Shown one piece after another: positions 17,876 to 24,966 of a DNA stretch of 64,000 nucleotides. This DNA comes from Escherichia phage dw-ec. Made by a program: the position numbers and the translations under genes. How positions within the stretch are numbered: the first letter of the stretch is position 1; every line of letters begins with the position of its first letter. Location of the stretch: sequence record OL739525.1. One strand, 5' to 3'. Under the pieces are notes generated by a model. It made no database searches and had not been told where the DNA came from. It saw only the letters and a list, made by a program, of their open reading frames with translations.

Positions 17876-18427
17876 TTACTCTCCTTTGATTATTTTGTGA
17901 TGGTCTACAGTCACGATATCTCGTTTACTCATCATAGAAATTATCTCATCAAAATGCAAGATTTTTCCGTGTGCATCCCAACCCACATCTAACATTTTAC
18001 CATAAGCTTCATCAGGGAAAGATCCGTGGGAATGCCCGTGTAGCATGATTGATCCACGACCTTGTTTATTCCAGGAGGCAATAGGGTAATGACTTAAGAC
18101 GAAGAACAGCTTCTGGTATTTCACTTCGTCATAATACACCACTTCGCCATACTCTGCAAGCACTTCTCGGTGCTTGCTGTAATCATGATTCCCAACAAGA
18201 TAAGTGATATCCCCTTGCAGACGGGAAGCAATCTTACGGGTATCTTCTTCAGTCCCGAAACAGAAGTCGCCCAAATGCCACATCTTAACACCAGGGGTAG
18301 TAGCACATTTGTTCCATGCTTCGATCAAGGCTTCTGTCATGTGGTCCATATCTTCCCACGGACGATATTCAGGAGCAAACTCTCGAATGCGTTTATGCAT
18401 AAAATGCAAATCGCTTGTAATAAACAT
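17876..18427 (-). CDS. calcineurin-like metallophosphoesterase
   Basis: SDLHFMH, LGDFCFG, GNHDY, HGHSHG metallophosphatase motifs; 183 aa. Confidence 0.7.
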   Translation of the reverse strand: MFITSDLHFMHKRIREFAPEYRPWEDMDHMTEALIEAWNKCATTPGVKMWHLGDFCFGTEEDTRKIASRLQGDITYLVGNHDYSKHREVLAEYGEVVYYDEVKYQKLFFVLSHYPIASWNKQGRGSIMLHGHSHGSFPDEAYGKMLDVGWDAHGKILHFDEIISMMSKRDIVTVDHHKIIKGE

Positions 18428-18783
18428 TAGTATAATCCCTCGCTAAATAATTCATGGTCGTGACCATTACGCTCATGGTCGATCTGGTCAGCATTTTCCG
18501 CGATGATGTAAGCATCCGCACGACTCCACCAATTGTAATACTGATCGATAAAGCCTTGATTATCTGGTGTGCACAAAGTTTTGTTGATTACACCTGCTTC
18601 TTTCAACACGTTTAACTGTGCATATAGTACAGGATTTGCATGTCGAACACAAGGAATAATTAACTCTTCGCCATTATTCAAAATATACTTATTTGCAGCA
18701 CAGACAATAACACGTTGCGCATAATGACCCTCACCCATCCAGGTAAGAGGTTGGTAACAAATGTTGTTTTCAATACCACTCAT
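18427..18783 (-). CDS. hypothetical protein (118 aa)
   Basis: ORF track; start coupled to downstream metallophosphatase gene. Confidence 0.5.
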   Translation of the reverse strand: MSGIENNICYQPLTWMGEGHYAQRVIVCAANKYILNNGEELIIPCVRHANPVLYAQLNVLKEAGVINKTLCTPDNQGFIDQYYNWWSRADAYIIAENADQIDHERNGHDHELFSEGLY

Positions 18784-18789
18784 TGTTTC

Positions 18790-18933
18790 CTAATCCTCCT
18801 CTCTTAAATTATCCTCGAAAAAACTAGTATCTGGAAGTAAAAGATCATTGCTTGTGTCGGGCGAATCCTCTTCTTCTCTGTAGATAAAGTAACCTTCGTC
18901 CTCTTCTTGTTCCGACCAAACCGAATGATGCAT
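18790..18933 (-). CDS. small acidic hypothetical protein (about 47 aa, not in ORF track)
   Basis: ATG after AGGAGA RBS; fills the 18784-18942 gap. Confidence 0.3.
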   Translation of the reverse strand: MHHSVWSEQEEDEGYFIYREEEDSPDTSNDLLLPDTSFFEDNLREED

Positions 18934-18942
18934 GTTCTCTCC

Positions 18943-19299
18943 TTAGTAGTGCACACGAATCATTTTAATACCATAACGCTGCATGGATTCTTTTGCAAGC
19001 ATGAATTTATCCCCAGCGGCGGGATTAGAAGTATGCACGAAAATGGTAGGTGAACCAAAGCAAGGTTTACCAAACGCCAGAAGTTCTTCCAGGTGCAGGA
19101 AAACATCATACCCATCTTGGTCTGACTCCATACCTAAATCGTTGTCAAAATGCCACTCGTCTACAAAACGATAACCCTTCTGCACCTCATTCATGTAACG
19201 AGAGGCAAGAAGTTCCTGTGAGGTTTTAAACCAGATTGCATCTGGACAACCATAATCTTTTGGATCACGTAAATCATCAAGCCAAATAATAGTACCCAT
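18943..19299 (-). CDS. hypothetical protein with receiver-domain-like signature
   Basis: IIWLDD ... FDNDLG ... VHTSN ... AGDK spacing resembles CheY-like DD/D/T/K landmarks; 118 aa. Confidence 0.4.
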   Translation of the reverse strand: MGTIIWLDDLRDPKDYGCPDAIWFKTSQELLASRYMNEVQKGYRFVDEWHFDNDLGMESDQDGYDVFLHLEELLAFGKPCFGSPTIFVHTSNPAAGDKFMLAKESMQRYGIKMIRVHY

Positions 19300-19309
19300 A
19301 TAACCTCCT

Positions 19310-19780
19310 CTAAGCTGGCATGATTAAAAAAGAACTCTCCACTTCAAAATGCCAATCATCCACAAGCCCTGATTCCCAATCCTTCTCTTCATGGAAAGAG
19401 CAAATCCAACGGTACATACCTGGCGGTGTATTCTCAACATCTTCTGGCAACCCATAATCCAAAGCTGTCTTACCGTTCTCTGTAAAACCAGGATGGAGAT
19501 TAGGAGCTTTCAGTACAGAAACCATACCTCCAACATCCACAGCTACGATCCACTCTGTCATGTATGGGCTGTCATATTGAGGCTCATCAGAACCTACCTC
19601 AACAGCCTCTGTGCGTAAGATGATAATAGCCTGCTCTGTGATTGGGGCTTTGACAATATACCCGTGATCCTCAAAAAGATCGATAACCTCGAACTCATCG
19701 CCGTTTTCGACACCATAACTCTTATTCAAAGAGATAAACTTCGGGTTATCATCATAAGCTTTAGTTACTTTAATTCTCAT
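19310..19780 (-). CDS. hypothetical protein (156 aa)
   Basis: ORF track. Confidence 0.5.
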   Translation of the reverse strand: MRIKVTKAYDDNPKFISLNKSYGVENGDEFEVIDLFEDHGYIVKAPITEQAIIILRTEAVEVGSDEPQYDSPYMTEWIVAVDVGGMVSVLKAPNLHPGFTENGKTALDYGLPEDVENTPPGMYRWICSFHEEKDWESGLVDDWHFEVESSFLIMPA

Positions 19781-20001
19781 TTTTCCTCCTTCACTTTAAC
19801 CTCAAATTCTACAGGCTTACCCTCAATGTAAAAACACTGATACTCTGCCTTATCATCCTCATCATGAGGCCAAGTTACCAAGGAGTTATAGCAATCTTCT
19901 GGTGCTTTGAAGATGGTTTTAGTCTCCACAGTAACATTCCCATTAAGTGTTGCCAATACCACCCACCCAGCTACATGGATCATAGTGCCTCCACTTTCCA
20001 C
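19777..20001 (-). CDS. hypothetical protein (74 aa)
   Basis: ORF track; 4-nt overlap with downstream gene. Confidence 0.45.
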   Translation of the reverse strand: MESGGTMIHVAGWVVLATLNGNVTVETKTIFKAPEDCYNSLVTWPHDEDDKAEYQCFYIEGKPVEFEVKVKEEK

Positions 20002-20162
20002 GTTTTACCCTTATCAACCAAGGTCTTTGCTACAGCATACTCCTTCCCATTAACAAGGAAATAATAAACGATAAAAGATTTCCCGATTGTTACTGTCTTA
20101 GTAACCTCTACACGTTTAACACCTTGCATGTATTTTGCCTTACCGGAATAGAGTAGAATCAT
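19980..20162 (-). CDS. hypothetical protein (60 aa)
   Basis: ORF track. Confidence 0.4.
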   Translation of the reverse strand: MILLYSGKAKYMQGVKRVEVTKTVTIGKSFIVYYFLVNGKEYAVAKTLVDKGKTWKVEAL

Positions 20163-20440
20163 TTTGCATTCCTCTTGTTGTTGATAACATCCATAGCAGT
20201 ATATGGTTTATTAGTGCCATGATACTCCAGAATCATTGGAGAGCCTTCTTGCACTACTTCAAAGATACCATAAACAGAACTTTCAGCAAATACCATTTGC
20301 TTCGTTCCTTCATCATTTACAACAAGAGAAAACTTCTTGCCTGTTCCGTTGAGGATCTCGTATTTCTTGCCAGCAGTGAATAATCCAGAGTACCACTCAT
20401 TATCTGTTGCTTTTACACACTTCAGAAAAGTCTTGATCAT
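20159..20440 (-). CDS. hypothetical protein (93 aa)
   Basis: ORF track. Confidence 0.45.
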   Translation of the reverse strand: MIKTFLKCVKATDNEWYSGLFTAGKKYEILNGTGKKFSLVVNDEGTKQMVFAESSVYGIFEVVQEGSPMILEYHGTNKPYTAMDVINNKRNAK

Positions 20441-20790
20441 TTCTTTTTGCTCCTCTTTTTAGATTTCTCATACAAACCTAACACAGCCGCTTCTTTTGCA
20501 CAAGTAGGAACTGAAGTCATTCCTCTTCTTTTTGCTTCTGGTAGTTGCAAAGTCCATATTCCCCACCAATAAATTTGGTCTGCCGTGAGTGGTTCAGCCA
20601 TTGGATCTGCCTCCTGCTCCTCAAGACGTTGCAACGCTTCTTCAATCTTCTCGATTGGTGTGTCAAAGACGAATGCCTCCGTATCAAATTTATCTTTCTT
20701 AGGAACTGATTTGGCTACTTTGAGAACCTCGTTTTTCGGTTTCTTAGTAACGTTCTTTGGCTTTGATAACTTCTTCGGTGTTTTCGCCAC
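20437..20790 (-). CDS. lysine-rich basic protein (possible nucleic-acid binding)
   Basis: Lys-rich N- and C-termini; 117 aa. Confidence 0.45.
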   Translation of the reverse strand: MAKTPKKLSKPKNVTKKPKNEVLKVAKSVPKKDKFDTEAFVFDTPIEKIEEALQRLEEQEADPMAEPLTADQIYWWGIWTLQLPEAKRRGMTSVPTCAKEAAVLGLYEKSKKRSKKK

Positions 20791-20983
20791 TTACTACCTC
20801 CATACGATCTAAAAAGTCATTCACAAATCTCCAGTAACGTTGACCTGTTCTAAGATCTTCATAGATAACCACAGGATCAAACACTTTAGATATTCCGGCA
20901 GGTTTTGGAAATTCCACTACCGTATATAAACCACCTTTTGCTACACAAGAATAGGTTACGCCTGTAATTGGATAGTTGCTCAT
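20744..20983 (-). CDS. hypothetical protein (79 aa)
   Basis: ORF track. Confidence 0.4.
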   Translation of the reverse strand: MSNYPITGVTYSCVAKGGLYTVVEFPKPAGISKVFDPVVIYEDLRTGQRYWRFVNDFLDRMEVVSGENTEEVIKAKERY

Positions 20984-21174
20984 TTCTTTACGTACTCCAT
21001 GATTGGGGTATGGTCGCCAGTAAGCGTAACACGGCTGTAGGACACATCTTGTGTCTTCAGTGTATCAATCCACTCTAAGAAGTGTTCTTTCGCTTCTGTG
21101 TAGTTCTGTGTGCCTTTAACAACGTGTATACCATCTAGAGTTACACGGAATACCATTTGAATAACGTCTTTCAT
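20980..21174 (-). CDS. hypothetical protein (64 aa)
   Basis: ORF track. Confidence 0.4.
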   Translation of the reverse strand: MKDVIQMVFRVTLDGIHVVKGTQNYTEAKEHFLEWIDTLKTQDVSYSRVTLTGDHTPIMEYVKK

Positions 21175-21287
21175 TTCTTACCTCCTTTGTTGTCAAAATA
21201 ACTTACCAGAACATCGTGAACCACACACATGGCAAAAATCAGAACAATTGTTGTCAGGACTGGATTCTCACTAATTAGTGCTATCAT
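21171..21287 (-). CDS. small membrane protein (about 38 aa)
   Basis: Track ORF 21171..21368 trimmed to internal Met; hydrophobic helix. Confidence 0.3.
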   Translation of the reverse strand: MIALISENPVLTTIVLIFAMCVVHDVLVSYFDNKGGKK

Positions 21288-21594
21288 CTTCAACCACCTC
21301 CAATTGCCTTTCGAGTTTGACTTTGTTTGAGAACTGATAATGACACAACTTACATTGCATGTCAACAATCTGATCGTGATTTAACCCTACAATTTTAACT
21401 TCCTTTGCACCATCCCATTCCAAATACTCAAAGCCATCCAAATGATTACTCTTGTCCAACAAGAATGCTATCTGCTGCCATTCAATCTGAATGTCATTTA
21501 AATGATATGCTGCACAGAAGATATCCTCGTAGTAAAAGACGATCATTGTCATTGCTTCGTCCAGCACAACTACCTCTTGTCTTGTAAATCTCAT
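21271..21594 (-). CDS. hypothetical protein, first gene of leftward operon (107 aa)
   Basis: ORF track; GGAGG RBS; adjacent to divergent control region. Confidence 0.45.
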   Translation of the reverse strand: MRFTRQEVVVLDEAMTMIVFYYEDIFCAAYHLNDIQIEWQQIAFLLDKSNHLDGFEYLEWDGAKEVKIVGLNHDQIVDMQCKLCHYQFSNKVKLERQLEVVEDDSTN

Positions 21595-21840
21595 TCTAGC
21601 CTCCTAAACGCGTCTCTGACGCACTTTTTATATATAAGATGATAAATCACCTTACCTAGTAAGTGAACTTGCTCTACGAGCCTCTTATGAAGCTTATGTT
21701 ATAGGCTATACTATTGCTACCTGTTTAAGCAAGGTTTTTGCACACAGAAAATAATTTTTAATTAAACTCTTGACTTTTGTGTTCGAAGTATGCTACCCTA
21801 GAAATCTATTAACGAGCGCAGCGAGTTAAGGTTTTAGGTT

Positions 21841-22040
21841 GTTGATGTAGTACTCTGTACTCCGTACTAGATTAATAATTATTAAATATTAATAATAAAT
21901 AATTATTAGATCTAACAAACAGGTACAGTGTATCAGAACTGGTACGTACAGATCAACTTCTATCAATTAAAAAAATAAAATAATAAATTATTATAAATAA
22001 TACTTGATCTATAGATCAGTATGAAGTACAGTACGTAACA
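21841..22040. repeat. AT-rich divergent control region with clustered GTAC-core repeats and short palindromes
   Basis: Eight GTAC cores in about 200 bp; palindromes TAGATCTA and TGATCTATAGATCA; long AT tracts; no ORFs. Confidence 0.5.
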
Positions 22041-22064
22041 TCTTAACAAGAATGGAGGTGTGCA

Positions 22065-22250
22065 ATGATTAGTGAGAATCCGTGCAAATGGCATCATGTG
22101 CCTATTAAAGATTGTATGTCTTGTAATCCACGTTCTATTTATAACATTGCATCTTATGATGATGACAATGTGTTAGACGATGATGAAGGCTGGGAGGATT
22201 TGGATTGGACTGGTTATGAAACCAAAAAGGATAAAATTATTCCTAGTTGA
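22065..22250 (+). CDS. hypothetical Cys/His-containing small protein (61 aa)
   Basis: GGAGG RBS; first rightward gene. Confidence 0.45.
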   Translation: MISENPCKWHHVPIKDCMSCNPRSIYNIASYDDDNVLDDDEGWEDLDWTGYETKKDKIIPS

Positions 22251-22287
22251 CTTAAGATATCCTTCGTGCTAAACTAGAAGTGAGGAG

Positions 22288-22539
22288 ATGCCGATCACTC
22301 CCCATTTGGGGTTCGAAGGATATATGCAAAATAGCTTTTATTTTAGGTGCCGTGCTTGTAATAGGCATTTGACAAACCACTCCAGACGTGATAAAAATGG
22401 AGTCATCAAGGAATCAGACCTCTGTTCTATTTGCACAGGTTTGGCTTTTGATGATAGTCCCGAAAGGGTTTATCAGCATCAATGTATAACAGACGTTCTC
22501 GTGTCAAACTTGGTAGAGGACGAACAACTAACAGATTAG
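22288..22539 (+). CDS. hypothetical zinc-finger-like protein (83 aa)
   Basis: GAGGAG RBS; CRACN...CSIC Cys pairs. Confidence 0.45.
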   Translation: MPITPHLGFEGYMQNSFYFRCRACNRHLTNHSRRDKNGVIKESDLCSICTGLAFDDSPERVYQHQCITDVLVSNLVEDEQLTD

Positions 22540-22547
22540 GAGGAACA

Positions 22548-22796
22548 ATGTCTCTATTAGAAAAACACGTGTTTGAAGATGGTAACGGCAATGCAGTTTT
22601 TCTTTTCCATCCAGAAAAATACACATCTGAAAACAATGGTACAACTTCTATTGTAATCACTAAAGATGTTAAAGTTATTGATTTCTTGGCTCTGATGCGA
22701 GAGATGGATCTTGAAATTAATACTTTTAACGCAGAAGCTTTGGTTGTTGCTCTTCTGGAAAAGAAAGATAGTGAAGAAGTAGCAGAATATGCTTAA
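22548..22796 (+). CDS. hypothetical protein (about 82 aa)
   Basis: Track ORF 22482..22796 trimmed to ATG after AGGAGG RBS. Confidence 0.45.
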   Translation: MSLLEKHVFEDGNGNAVFLFHPEKYTSENNGTTSIVITKDVKVIDFLALMREMDLEINTFNAEALVVALLEKKDSEEVAEYA

Positions 22797-22803
22797 ATAA
22801 CTA

Positions 22804-22833
22804 TTGACAAACGTATCCTTCATATGTTAGGAT
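22804..22833 (+). promoter_or_regulatory. sigma70-like promoter P1 of tRNA array (CTATTGACAA ... TGtTAGGAT) with 10-bp inverted repeat
   Basis: TTGACA, 18-bp spacer, extended -10; AACGTATCCT / AGGATACGTT inverted repeat spans spacer and -10. Confidence 0.5.
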
Positions 22834-23042
22834 ACGTTCATCAAGTGTGGTAACAGGGTCGTTGACTTTTGTTAAGAGGGGCTTGCACTGCGGTAGTGTT
22901 AGAGACTACTTCTTCAGAGGTTAGCTACCAAAGAGGAAAAGGAATAGTCTCGGCTCAAGAACTTTTACGCTGAAAGTTGGGCTTGGTCTTAGAGAATGTA
23001 GCGGTTCTCTACAATCGTCAGCGTCTCTGTTACCACATTTAT

Positions 23043-23117
23043 GGCCCTGTAGCTCAATGGGAGAGCTGTCGGCTCATAACCGATAGGTAGCTGGATCGAA
23101 ACCAGCCAGGGCCACCA
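23043..23117 (+). tRNA. tRNA with CAT anticodon (Met or lysidine-type Ile2)
   Basis: Cloverleaf folds by hand: GGCCCTG/CAGGGCC acceptor, anticodon loop CTCATAA, CCA encoded. Confidence 0.75.
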
Positions 23118-23119
23118 AC

Positions 23120-23194
23120 GTCTTTATGGTGTAATGGATAGCACAGGAGTCTTCTAAACTCTTAGTCAAGGTTCGATTCCTTGTAAAGACACCA
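23120..23194 (+). tRNA. tRNA-Arg (TCT)
   Basis: 7-bp acceptor, anticodon loop CTTCTAA, T-arm CAAGG-TTCGATT-CCTTG, CCA encoded. Confidence 0.8.
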
Positions 23195-23390
23195 GAACAT
23201 TTTAACATGAATTAGCTCAAGTGATTTGAACCCACTACTGATCATGGTGGCAGAGAATGAGGCAAGTATGTCAGACATTATAAACAAAGGCCACGGTTAT
23301 ATTAGAAGACATAAATGCTCGAAGAGCACCGTTCGTTGAGAACGGGGGTTGGTGGAGTCACCATTCATGGTAAAATGTTTTAAAAAACTA

Positions 23391-23420
23391 TTGACAACTA
23401 ACATTATTTTATGTTAGATT
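23391..23420 (+). promoter_or_regulatory. sigma70-like promoter P2 inside tRNA array (CTATTGACAA ... TGtTAGATT)
   Basis: TTGACA, 18-bp spacer, extended -10; CTAACAT/ATGTTAG inverted repeat. Confidence 0.5.
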
Positions 23421-23428
23421 ATAAGTAT

Positions 23429-23519
23429 GGAAGGGCAAATCGATGTGGCGACGAAAACGGTCTTGAAAACCGCCGAGCTTGAAAGAGCCTTGGGAGTTCG
23501 ACTCTCCCTCCTTCCGCCA
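23429..23519 (+). tRNA. tRNA-Ser (TGA), class II
   Basis: Anticodon loop CTTGAAA, long variable arm, T-arm GGGAG-TTCGACT-CTCCC, CCA encoded. Confidence 0.8.
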
Positions 23520-23524
23520 GATTA

Positions 23525-23610
23525 GGTAGATTGGTGAAATGGTAGCCACAACAGTTTGCTAAACTGTAGTCGGAAACGGCGTGTAGGTTCGAGTCCTACA
23601 TCTACCGCCA
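23525..23610 (+). tRNA. tRNA-Ser (GCT), class II
   Basis: GGTAGAT/ATCTACC acceptor, anticodon loop TTGCTAA, long variable arm, CCA encoded. Confidence 0.8.
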
Positions 23611-23740
23611 AGTTCTTTTTAATATAGCTTACTTTAATAGAGTAAACTTTCGGCAGATGGCCTCCACCATCTTACCGATAACTCATAGTTAGTGGTGTGA
23701 ACACTGGCTATTTTAAAAAGAATTTAAATATTAGTATTTA

Positions 23741-23828
23741 GGTGAGTTAATTCCGTAGGGGTAGCGGGGCAGACTGTAAATCTGTTATCATTGCGATTCG
23801 GGTGGTTCGACTCCATCACTCACCACCA
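23741..23828 (+). tRNA. tRNA-Tyr (GTA), class II
   Basis: GGTGAGT/ACTCACC acceptor, anticodon loop CTGTAAA, long variable arm, CCA encoded. Confidence 0.8.
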
Positions 23829-23834
23829 AATTAA

Positions 23835-23920
23835 GATGAGTTGGCTGAATGGTTTAAGCGGCGGACTGTTAATCCGTGTTCGAAAGAACGATATAGGTTC
23901 AAATCCTATACTCATCGCCA
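23835..23920 (+). tRNA. class II tRNA with apparent GTT (Asn-type) anticodon; isotype uncertain
   Basis: Good acceptor and T-arm, 15-nt variable arm, anticodon stem GCGGA/TCCGT with loop CTGTTAA; class II architecture with an Asn anticodon is non-canonical. Confidence 0.55.
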
Positions 23921-23927
23921 GAATTAT

Positions 23928-24004
23928 GGACTTGTAGAGTTAAGGTAAACCCCCAGTCGCCAAGAGGCTTCTGGAATTGCAGGTATCGAATCCTGCCGAG
24001 TCCC
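23928..24004 (+). pseudogene. degenerate tRNA-like element
   Basis: Acceptor pairing GGACTTG/CGAGTCC and T-arm-like GCAGG-TATCGAAT-CCTGC (8-nt loop), but no canonical anticodon arm could be folded. Confidence 0.35.
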
Positions 24005-24010
24005 AGTTTT

Positions 24011-24085
24011 GCTCCTATAGTATAATGGCTATTACAACGGTTTTGTAATCCGTGGATCTCTGTTCGATTCAGAGTGGGAGCACCA
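24011..24085 (+). tRNA. tRNA-Thr (TGT)
   Basis: GCTCCTA/TGGGAGC acceptor, anticodon loop TTTGTAA (one non-WC pair closing the stem), CCA encoded. Confidence 0.7.
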
Positions 24086-24358
24086 ACATAACATTAAGAG
24101 CACTGTGATTGATCGTCGTATCCTGTGCACAAGGTCTGCTCGAAAGACAGTGTTCTTAGTATTGTGTTGATCACACAAAGAGTTACCTGAAACTTGACCG
24201 GAGTAGGGTTGGATGGGGCAAAAGAAGAAGCGGCTCTCCCATCGACAGCAACGAAGAATAATATTTGACTTTGGTTTTGTATTATTTTAAGTTAGCTTAC
24301 CGAACGTAGGGCTAGTCACCCAATGGGATACTCGTCACTGTCCCACTCAATAAAACTA

Positions 24359-24388
24359 TTGACAACCAATAGTAAAATGTAGTATAGT
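24359..24388 (+). promoter_or_regulatory. sigma70-like promoter P3 inside tRNA array (CTATTGACAA-18-TATAGT)
   Basis: Consensus hexamers about 10 nt upstream of tRNA-Gly. Confidence 0.5.
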
Positions 24389-24399
24389 AAAGATGTAGG

Positions 24400-24473
24400 G
24401 CGTTCTTGGTGTAGCGGTAGCATTCCGTCCTTCCAAGTCGGCGGCACGAGTTCGATCCTCGTAGAACGCTCCA
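24400..24473 (+). tRNA. tRNA-Gly (TCC)
   Basis: Anticodon loop CTTCCAA, T-arm ACGAG-TTCGATC-CTCGT, CCA encoded. Confidence 0.75.
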
Positions 24474-24571
24474 AATTATTTAATAAAGGGTTGCCAGAAA
24501 ACTTTCTCTTTTACTCATGGTTTTCTCCTTCTCTCACACCTCTTCTGGTTGCCCTTCATTAAATGATTTAT

Positions 24572-24647
24572 TGGTTTGTAGTGTAGTCCGGTAGCACACG
24601 ACACTTTGACTGTCGTAGGTTTGGTTCAAATCCAGACAGACCAGCCA
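24572..24647 (+). tRNA. tRNA-Gln (TTG)
   Basis: TGGTTTG/CAGACCA acceptor, anticodon stem CGACA/TGTCG with loop CTTTGAC, CCA encoded. Confidence 0.75.
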
Positions 24648-24652
24648 TATAA

Positions 24653-24729
24653 CGGAATTTAGCTCAGTTTGGTAGAGCATACGCTTTGGGAGCGTAGGGT
24701 CGCAGGTTCGAATCCTGCAATTCCGACCA
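24653..24729 (+). tRNA. tRNA-Pro (TGG)
   Basis: CGGAATT/AATTCCG acceptor, anticodon loop TTTGGGA, T-arm GCAGG-TTCGAAT-CCTGC, CCA encoded. Confidence 0.85.
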
Positions 24730-24735
24730 ATCAAA

Positions 24736-24809
24736 TGTTTCGTAGTTCAATGGTAGAACCCACGACTGATAATCGTGAGACACAAGTTCGATTCTTGTCG
24801 AAACAACCA
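24736..24809 (+). tRNA. tRNA-Ile (GAT)
   Basis: TGTTTCG/CGAAACA acceptor, anticodon stem CACGA/TCGTG with loop CTGATAA, CCA encoded. Confidence 0.8.
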
Positions 24810-24811
24810 GT

Positions 24812-24881
24812 TTCCCGTTAGACTTACAGGATAAGAGTTCCACAACTTATTGTGATGCTGGTTCGAATCCAGCACGGGATA
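24812..24881 (+). pseudogene. tRNA-like element with aberrant anticodon arm
   Basis: Canonical T-arm GCTGG-TTCGAAT-CCAGC and acceptor (1-72 mismatch), but anticodon region folds only as a 4-bp stem with 6-nt loop ACTTAT; 70 nt, no CCA. Confidence 0.4.
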
Positions 24882-24887
24882 CATAAT

Positions 24888-24966
24888 AGCGGGATAGAGG
24901 AGTCTGGTCGTCCTCGCCAGTTTCATATGCTGGAGATCATCGGTTCAAATCCGATTCCCGCCTCCA
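24888..24966 (+). tRNA. tRNA-Met (CAT), second CAT-anticodon tRNA
   Basis: Anticodon stem CCAGT/GCTGG with loop TTCATAT, T-arm ATCGG-TTCAAAT-CCGAT, CCA encoded; A1-C72 mismatch at top of acceptor. Confidence 0.65.

Noticed and set aside
21609-21630. Hairpin GCGTC-AGA-GACGC followed by TTTTT on the plus strand near 21610
   Set aside because: Looks like a plus-strand terminator but no plus-strand gene lies upstream; more likely a 5-prime UTR structure of the leftward operon
22427-22823. Minus-strand ORFs 22427..22660 and 22557..22823 in the rightward small-gene region
   Set aside because: Antisense to plus-strand genes that have good RBS; the upstream end would run into the tRNA promoter
24534-24734. 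66-aa minus-strand ORF inside the tRNA array
   Set aside because: Overlaps tRNA-Gln and tRNA-Pro; antisense to structured RNA genes
24812-24881. Possible ochre-suppressor tRNA (TTA anticodon) explaining the in-frame TAA upstream of the RNase H-like gene
   Set aside because: The anticodon arm cannot form a canonical 7-nt loop presenting TTA, and TAA is used as the stop codon of most genes in the window; kept only as a remote hypothesis
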